Positions 57,862 to 64,000 of a stretch of 64,000 nucleotides of DNA are shown here, piece after piece. The position numbers were made by a program, and so were the translations under genes. This DNA comes from an uncultured Ignavibacteria bacterium (GTDB lineage Bacteria; Zixibacteria; MSB-5A5; CAIYYT01): positions 15,206-79,205 of the forward strand of contig CAZKIH010000011.1 in assembly GCA_964552775.1 (NCBI GenBank), read 5' to 3'. The stretch's first letter is position 1. Each line of letters begins with the position of its first letter. The notes beneath the pieces were generated by a model that saw only the letters and a program-made list of their open reading frames with translations, had not been told where the DNA came from and did no database searches.

Positions 57862-60495
57862 CTATCTTATCGCCTTCTCGATCAGCGGCATTATCGTCGC
57901 TCGAATCTTCGCTTCATCCAGCGTTAGCGTCGTTGCACCCTGCACGAAATACTCACGTCCACCGCCGCGTCCGCCGAGAGCTGTATTCACATCTTTAATA
58001 ATCTCACGCGGCTGAATACCCATCTTGATCGCCGCATCCGAGGCCGTAATCGCGTACTGTCCGCTCAGATTATAGAAAACACCACTCGCGGCAAAACTCA
58101 GCGACTTAGTAAAGTCGGCATAAGTGTTGAGCTGTTCCTTCGTTTCAAACGTGTGCAACAACACCTTCACACCCTTGACATCAACGGCTTTGTTCGCAAA
58201 CAGGCTCTCGATCTCCCCCGACGCCGACTCCGCCTGTGTCTTTTCCAGTTCCTTCTTGAGCTTCTTACTTTCCTCAAGAAGTTCCTCCACCCGCGAGACG
58301 ATCTTGTCTTCCGGCTGCTTCAGAATCTGCCCTGCAGTGTCAAGCTTGGCTTTGACGCCGCGCAAGTACTCAAAGGCACCAGCACCGGTCAGAGCCTCAA
58401 TACGCCGAATCCCCGCCGCAATCGCCGTCTCTGCCGTGATAATGAACAACCCGATTTCACCGGTAGCCTGCACATGCGTTCCGCCGCACAGTTCCTTGGA
58501 GTAGCCCTCGACCTCGACCATTCGGACGCGATCGCCATATTTCTCGCCGAACAGTGCCATAGCGCCTTGCGCCTTGGCTTCATTTATGTCGAAGATATCC
58601 CACTTCACCTTGCGATTAGCGAGAATCTCTGCATTGACTTGCCGCTCGACCTCTTGAATCTCCTCTTCGCTCATAGCCTTGAAATGCGAGAAGTCGAATC
58701 GCAGTCGTTGCGGATCAACCAGCGATCCCTTCTGCTGAACATGCTCTCCCAGCACCGTGCGCAGTGCCTTGTGCAACAGATGTGTTGCCGTATGGTTGCG
58801 CTGAGTATGCTTCTGACGAACACCGTCAACCCGCGCAATGACATCGGCACCGATGACCTGGTCAGCCGGCACACCAATCGATTCAACGACATGTACGACA
58901 TAGTCGCCAACCTTCTGGGTGTCGGTGACTGCGAGCTTATTTCCGTTGATCATCAGAGTTCCGGTGTCGCCAATCTGGCCGCCTGATTCTGCATAAAACG
59001 GAGTATTATCCAGAATCACCTGGAGTTGTTTCTCTGCAGTGTTCGCACTCAGAGCGCGAGCCTTGACCTCAAAGCTGTCATTGTAACCAACATACCGAGT
59101 AGGCGCAACATTGCGCTCCGGGACAACGATGGCCGGCCCAAACCCGCCCGACTCCTTCGACCGCTGCTTTTGTAGCTGCAGCGCCGTATCGAAACCCTTC
59201 ATATCCAGCGCCAGCCCCTGCTCCCGCGCCATCACCTCAGTCATATCGACCGGAAATCCAAACGTATCGTATAATCTGAAAACTTCCTCACCGGGAATGG
59301 TCCTCTGCGATTTGCCCTTGAGCCGCTCCACAATCTTGTCAAAGATCTCAATGCCGCGATCCAGCGTCTCGCCAAAACTCTCCTCTTCCGACTTGATCAC
59401 CAGCGCAACATGTTCGGCCTGTGATTTGACCTCAGGAAATTGGTGTCCCATTGTGTCAACCAGCACCGAAGTCAGCTTGTAGATAAACGGATCATGCTTG
59501 CCGAGCAGACGTCCATGACGCGCACCCCTGCGCAAAATGCGCCTGAGAACATAGCCGCGGCCGTCATTCGACGGTACGCCTCCATCAGCGATGGCAAACG
59601 TCAGAGCGCGCACATGATCGGCGACGACCCGATGCGACAGGCCACGCTTGTCCTGGTGATACTCCTTGCCGGTCAGATCAACTATGGCGCTCAGAAGTGG
59701 GCTGAACACATCTGTATCGTAATTGGAATTTACTCTCTGCATCAACATCGTCATGCGCTCAAGACCTGCTCCGGTGTCGACCGAGGGCTTCGGTAAAGGC
59801 GTCAACTTGCCGGCAGCGTCGCGGTCATATTGCATGAATACCAGATTCCAGAATTCCATATATCGATCGCAATCGCAGTTGACCGTGCAAGTCGGCTTCC
59901 CGCATGAGTATTCCTTACCGCGGTCAAAATGCAGTTCCGAGCACGGGCCGCACGGACCGGTTTCGCCCATCGACCAGAAATTATCCTTTTCGCCAAAGCG
60001 CATGACCCGACCGTTAGCCAGTTCCGGCGCAATCCGCTCCCACAGGGCAAAAGCCTCATCATCATCCTTGTAGACAGTGGCATACAACCGATCCGCTGAT
60101 AGCCCCAGATCTTTGCGCACAAAGTCCCAGGCGAACTTGATGGCGTCTTCCTTGAAATAATCTCCAAAGGAGAAGTTGCCCAGCATCTCAAAGAAAGTAT
60201 GATGGCGCGCCGTTTCGCCGACATTTTCAAGATCGTTATGTTTGCCGCCCGCCCGGATGCACTTCTGCGAGGTCGTTGCGCGCTTGTAGTCGACCTTGCG
60301 TTGTCCCAGAAAGACATCCTTAAACTGGTTCATGCCGGCATTGGTGAACAGCAAGGTCGGGTCATCCTGTGGAATCAGCGACGAACTCGGCAGACGCTTA
60401 TGACTCTTCGATTCGAAGTATGATAAATAGGCTTCTCTGATTTCGGACGCTTTCAAGATTTCTCCTGCTTCATATGCGTATACATTTTTTACCAC
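57862..60495 (-). CDS. alaS: Alanine--tRNA ligase
   Basis: 877 aa; class II motifs; editing domain with the HxxxH...CGGTH zinc motif. Confidence 0.97.
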   Translation of the reverse strand: MVKNVYAYEAGEILKASEIREAYLSYFESKSHKRLPSSSLIPQDDPTLLFTNAGMNQFKDVFLGQRKVDYKRATTSQKCIRAGGKHNDLENVGETARHHTFFEMLGNFSFGDYFKEDAIKFAWDFVRKDLGLSADRLYATVYKDDDEAFALWERIAPELANGRVMRFGEKDNFWSMGETGPCGPCSELHFDRGKEYSCGKPTCTVNCDCDRYMEFWNLVFMQYDRDAAGKLTPLPKPSVDTGAGLERMTMLMQRVNSNYDTDVFSPLLSAIVDLTGKEYHQDKRGLSHRVVADHVRALTFAIADGGVPSNDGRGYVLRRILRRGARHGRLLGKHDPFIYKLTSVLVDTMGHQFPEVKSQAEHVALVIKSEEESFGETLDRGIEIFDKIVERLKGKSQRTIPGEEVFRLYDTFGFPVDMTEVMAREQGLALDMKGFDTALQLQKQRSKESGGFGPAIVVPERNVAPTRYVGYNDSFEVKARALSANTAEKQLQVILDNTPFYAESGGQIGDTGTLMINGNKLAVTDTQKVGDYVVHVVESIGVPADQVIGADVIARVDGVRQKHTQRNHTATHLLHKALRTVLGEHVQQKGSLVDPQRLRFDFSHFKAMSEEEIQEVERQVNAEILANRKVKWDIFDINEAKAQGAMALFGEKYGDRVRMVEVEGYSKELCGGTHVQATGEIGLFIITAETAIAAGIRRIEALTGAGAFEYLRGVKAKLDTAGQILKQPEDKIVSRVEELLEESKKLKKELEKTQAESASGEIESLFANKAVDVKGVKVLLHTFETKEQLNTYADFTKSLSFAASGVFYNLSGQYAITASDAAIKMGIQPREIIKDVNTALGGRGGGREYFVQGATTLTLDEAKIRATIMPLIEKAIR

Positions 60496-60582
60496 TCTTC
60501 ACTTCGCTCAGGCGGGCTACCGGATTCTTGTCTCCAATTTCATCGGAGCCCAGACCGAACCCCGATCCAAAATCGAGTGAGT

Positions 60583-60797
60583 CATTCCCGCGAAAGCGGG
60601 AATCCAGCTTCGTTTCCAACATTCGATCCACACCATTGCGCAGTCGAATGATCTTTGAAAATGCGTTCAGAACGCGAATGTGACGGGCGCGGGAACCGCT
60701 ACCCTACACGACAATCAACGAATACTGGATATCTGTGCTATGTCGGGCTTCTCCCACGTCACGCCTGCGGCGTTCCTCGCTCGGAATCCGACCTACG
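60583..60797. repeat. Hairpin repeat copy 2 plus a REP-B-like palindrome (GTCGGGCTTCTCC...GGAATCCGACCTAC)
   Basis: Same composite arrangement as on the other side of alaS. Confidence 0.65.
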
Positions 60798-60841
60798 GAA
60801 TTCCCACGTTGCACGACACTCCGGGCGATCTACCAGCTGCC

Positions 60842-61480
60842 TCACGATTTCATGTCCTTTACGAATCGCTGAAAAGCCGATTCCACCGCATCGGGCGAGA
60901 ACCCACGATAGCTAAGAAAGTTATAGATTTTACGGCGGATTTCAAGTGATTCCATACCCTTGAAGCGGTTCCTGCGGGCAATCACGACCTGGTAAGCCGC
61001 CTCGGATTCATCCTCGGAGGTTATACTGCTCTGCACAGTCTGACCCGCTGTCTCGCGGTCGATGCCCTTCTGGTACAATTCCATCAACAAGCGACGCTTG
61101 CCGCGCGGCGCCAATTGCTGGCGGTTACGCACCCAGGCTTCGGCAAACTCCTGGTCGTTCAAATACTTCTTCTCCAGCAACCAGCTTATCGTGCTTGCGA
61201 TTTGTGCGCCATCGAAGCTCTTTCGCTCAAGATACTTCTGCATTTCCGAGATCGAGCGGCTGCGTCGTGCCAGATACCGCAACGCCGCGTCACGCACTTT
61301 GTTCAATCCCAGCGCGTCACGAATCTCGTCTTGCCGCGACGGCGCCAGATCATCCCCGACCTGAAGGTGCAGCGCCGCCAACATCTCCTCCGAACAGCCC
61401 GCGAAGAATTTGTTGTCAATGAAAATTGACCAGCGCGAGGAGTTCTTCTTCTGCGGTTCGAGCTTGGTAATTCGCGGCAT
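60842..61480 (-). CDS. recX: Recombination regulator RecX
   Basis: Three-helix-repeat RecX family; adjacent to alaS as in many bacteria. Confidence 0.75.
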   Translation of the reverse strand: MPRITKLEPQKKNSSRWSIFIDNKFFAGCSEEMLAALHLQVGDDLAPSRQDEIRDALGLNKVRDAALRYLARRSRSISEMQKYLERKSFDGAQIASTISWLLEKKYLNDQEFAEAWVRNRQQLAPRGKRRLLMELYQKGIDRETAGQTVQSSITSEDESEAAYQVVIARRNRFKGMESLEIRRKIYNFLSYRGFSPDAVESAFQRFVKDMKS

Positions 61481-61606
61481 GTATCAAATGTAGACGACGG
61501 GTGCGGGTAAGGCAAGCGCCTATGAATCGTTCTGACACGAAAAAAGTCGCCGAATGCGATCACCCGGCGAATGCTGTTGGGCCAGAATCTCTCCTGAAAT
61601 TAGCGC

Positions 61607-62590
61607 TTACCAATCAAGGATAATCGCGAACATCAACGGCGCAACAATCGAAGCGTCCGATTCAATGATGTACTTCGGCGTGTCTACTGAAAGTTTTCCC
61701 CAGGTGATCTTCTCATTGGGCACAGCACCGGAATAAGAACCGTAACTGGTTGTCGAATCAGATATCTGGCAGAAATAACCCCAGACCGGAACATCCTCAC
61801 GCTGCAGGTCCTGATGCAGCATCGGCACAACGCAGATCGGAAAATCGCCCGCAATTCCTCCACCGATCTGGTAAAATCCGATCGAGGACTTTCTCGAAGT
61901 CTCCGTGTACCACTCGGCGAGGAACGTCATGTACTCGATTCCGGTCTTAACCGTATGGACATTCTTGACGTCACCCGAGATCACATGACCGGCGTACATA
62001 TTTCCCATCGTCGAATCTTCCCAGCCCGGAACCACCATCGGCAGGTTCTTCTCCGCCGCTGCGACCATCCACGAGTCTTTGGGATCGATCTGATAGTATT
62101 GCTTAAGCACACCCGATTTGATTATGCGGTACATGAATTCATGCGGGAAGAACCGCTCGCGGGCTTTGTCAGCGCGAGTCCACTCGTCAACCAGTGCCTT
62201 TTCCAGCCGCCGCATCGCCTCCATTTCAGGTATACAGGTATCCGTCACGCGATTCATGTGGCGATTGAGCAGGGCAGCCTCGTCTGCAGGCGTCAAATCC
62301 CGATAATGTGGAACGCGCTCGTAGTAATCATGCGCCACCAGGTTGAATAAGTCCTCTTCGAGATTGGCGCCAGTGCAGCTAATAATATGCACCTGGTCGC
62401 GACGAATCATCTCCGCCAGGGAAATTCCCAACTCGGCAGTGCTCATTGCCCCTGCGAGCGAATGCAGCATCTTGCCACCCTTCTCGATATGGCGCTTGTA
62501 CGCGATTGAAGCGTCAATCAGGGCAGCAGAGTTGAAATGCCGATAGTGGTGTTTGAGAAACTTCGTGATTTCACCGTTGCTCATTGACAA
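61607..62590 (-). CDS. Deoxyhypusine synthase-like protein (DHS/homospermidine-synthase family)
   Basis: DHS fold with NAD-binding motifs (CTGANLEED..., GGGIAGDF). Confidence 0.8.
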   Translation of the reverse strand: MSMSNGEITKFLKHHYRHFNSAALIDASIAYKRHIEKGGKMLHSLAGAMSTAELGISLAEMIRRDQVHIISCTGANLEEDLFNLVAHDYYERVPHYRDLTPADEAALLNRHMNRVTDTCIPEMEAMRRLEKALVDEWTRADKARERFFPHEFMYRIIKSGVLKQYYQIDPKDSWMVAAAEKNLPMVVPGWEDSTMGNMYAGHVISGDVKNVHTVKTGIEYMTFLAEWYTETSRKSSIGFYQIGGGIAGDFPICVVPMLHQDLQREDVPVWGYFCQISDSTTSYGSYSGAVPNEKITWGKLSVDTPKYIIESDASIVAPLMFAIILDW

Positions 62591-62594
62591 TCAC

Positions 62595-63176
62595 CTAATC
62601 TTCGTCTTCGCTGTCCACGGGCTCGTCATCAAGGATCAACATTGCCGCCGTGATCACCGTCGTCCACATCCCGGTTTTGTCGCCTTCCGCAGATTGCGTA
62701 ATGTTGCGTGAGTAGACGACCTCGCCCTTGAGCTTCCACTGCTCTTTATTTTGGTCCCACGACTTGTCGAGATCAATTTCCAGGCCCATCGTGGTAGCCA
62801 GCATCTGCACAGCCAAATCCTCGGCGTAATCGCCTGCAACCTTCTGGGTTTGGCCGAATCCGTGGTGTTCCGACAGGTATCCGAATTTCGCCTTGTCTTT
62901 GGGCATGGCAATACCAATTGATGACGACACCAACCGGTTCGGCTCGTTCGTCGCATCACGGCTCATGACGCAAAATCCGATCTGTCCTGGTTTGAAGTAC
63001 TTCAGGCCGACGCGACGCGAAATCAGCTTACAGTGCGGCGGAAAGATCGAGGAAACATTTACGAGATTGAGATAGGCAATGCCGGCATCACGGAGAGCCA
63101 GCTCGAAAGAAGCGAGCTTTTCTTTGTGTCTGCCCACGCCTTTCGTCAGAAAGAGCTTTTTCGGTACGAAGTTCAA
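62595..63176 (-). CDS. Pyruvoyl-dependent arginine decarboxylase
   Basis: ~190 aa PvlArgDC family, including the serine self-cleavage region. Confidence 0.7.
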   Translation of the reverse strand: MNFVPKKLFLTKGVGRHKEKLASFELALRDAGIAYLNLVNVSSIFPPHCKLISRRVGLKYFKPGQIGFCVMSRDATNEPNRLVSSSIGIAMPKDKAKFGYLSEHHGFGQTQKVAGDYAEDLAVQMLATTMGLEIDLDKSWDQNKEQWKLKGEVVYSRNITQSAEGDKTGMWTTVITAAMLILDDEPVDSEDED

Positions 63177-63281
63177 CGCTTACTCCTTGAAAAAGATGAA
63201 CCTCTTGCACTAAGCACGCAACAACGCGGGAAAATACGCAATTTGCGTATCGATGCAATGCCAAATTCGATTTGAGAATCC

Positions 63282-63866
63282 CTATTTAATTGAGCGTCTC
63301 ATCAGCGACGCCATCTGTTCCATCGACCTCTTGATCACCACGTACCATTTGCCGTTTGTCTTGCGCAGCGTGATCACCTCGATGTTGCTGATGCGTTCCT
63401 TTTGCATCGGAACATTGACGCGGCAGACAAAATGCATCATCTCACTGCCCTCGTTAACCGAGCCAAGCACAGTGTCACTGCCGTTGGCTGCCATCTCCCG
63501 CATTACCGGGTACAGATCGAAGATGGTCGCGAAGATTCCGGCGAAATAGTTGACTGAATCGGCGGAGGCGATTTCAGCAGAAGTCCTCTTGCCGAAACTC
63601 GATGGTCGAAAGATGGTAGTGTCGATGGGGCCAGGGATCACGTCAAGAATCGAACGAAACAGCTTCTTGAATTCCGAAAGCTCTGCGGGCGACACACATG
63701 TTGCCACCACTTTCCAGTCCAGGCGGCGTTGCGCCGTGACATACCTGTCTACTACCGCACGTGGTGCGTCAGCCTGAGCCATGGCAATTGAGGCAATAGG
63801 TGCGATAATCACTGCTGCCATGATCAATGCTACACTGCGATTGACGAAAAATGACTTCACAAACAT
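63282..63866 (-). CDS. Hypothetical secreted protein; paralog of the ORF at 35655-36275
   Basis: Signal peptide. Shared C-terminal block MHFVCRVN...VITLRKTNGKWYVVI. Confidence 0.5.
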   Translation of the reverse strand: MFVKSFFVNRSVALIMAAVIIAPIASIAMAQADAPRAVVDRYVTAQRRLDWKVVATCVSPAELSEFKKLFRSILDVIPGPIDTTIFRPSSFGKRTSAEIASADSVNYFAGIFATIFDLYPVMREMAANGSDTVLGSVNEGSEMMHFVCRVNVPMQKERISNIEVITLRKTNGKWYVVIKRSMEQMASLMRRSIK

Positions 63867-64000
63867 CGAATGACCTTTCAGGAAATGATCTCTTGGGGCG
63901 GCAATTCTCTGCAGTCCCTATGCTGGAAAACCAATATGCCCTACGGCACTGGATTATACTCGACGAGTTCCTATGACTACTATTCTCAACACTATGCCAG

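Overview
This 64 kb window looks like the origin-proximal region of a bacterial chromosome, probably from an uncultivated (metagenome-assembled) lineage; the phylum is uncertain. Coding density is high and about 60 protein genes are supported.

Gene content by region:
- 1-6.6 kb, minus strand: a type VI secretion system (T6SS) core segment. In transcription order: an FHA protein, a Hanks-type Ser/Thr kinase with a degenerate catalytic motif, ClpV encoded as two ORFs, tssB, tssC and hcp (3' end truncated by the window edge).
- 6.8-12.8 kb: membrane protein, apbC/mrp with a fused DUF971, nfu, dnaA, dnaN.
- 12.8-17.4 kb: a REP-associated tyrosine transposase (RAYT) flanked by palindromic REP elements, then a butyrate-type cluster (two tandem ptb paralogs, hbd, crt).
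- 17.6-22.0 kb: beta-lactamase-family serine hydrolase, ZIP transporter, NUDIX hydrolase, HtrA-like protease.
- 22.0-33.5 kb: the classic origin operon rpmH-rnpA-yidD-yidC-mnmE, a secreted dockerin-tailed protein, then mnmG-rsmG-parA-parB followed by an M23 peptidase and a bactofilin. Two parS-like sites flank mnmG.
- 33.5-38.7 kb: an intergenic spacer with perfect DnaA boxes, a MoxR ATPase, secreted proteins and a beta-helix protein with a dockerin tail.
- 38.7-43.3 kb, minus strand: an exosortase/EpsI polysaccharide locus (UbiA prenyltransferase, EpsI, exosortase, two SDR epimerase/dehydratases).
- 43.3-49.0 kb: lipoprotein, His-rich DUF4396 membrane protein, an ECF sigma factor with a Cys-rich C-terminal domain, VOC and SnoaL-like proteins, PEP-mutase/isocitrate-lyase family enzyme, pentapeptide-repeat membrane protein.
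- 49.0-56.9 kb, minus strand: gyrA, a second RAYT with a different REP family, gyrB, a DUF721 (DciA-like) protein, recF, a SIS-domain protein.
- 56.8-63.9 kb, minus strand: a GGGPS/PcrB-family enzyme, alaS flanked by composite hairpin repeats, recX, deoxyhypusine-synthase-like protein, pyruvoyl-dependent arginine decarboxylase, a secreted paralog.

No rRNA, tRNA or CRISPR array was recognised.

Most notable:
- A T6SS module with a ClpV encoded as two separate ORFs, plus a predicted pseudokinase/FHA regulatory pair.
- Broken dnaA-dnaN / recF-gyrB synteny whose breakpoints coincide with RAYT/REP insertions.
- Two competing DnaA-box clusters as oriC candidates, and parS sites flanking mnmG.
- An archaeal-type GGGPS homolog in a bacterium.
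- A CorE-like ECF sigma module.
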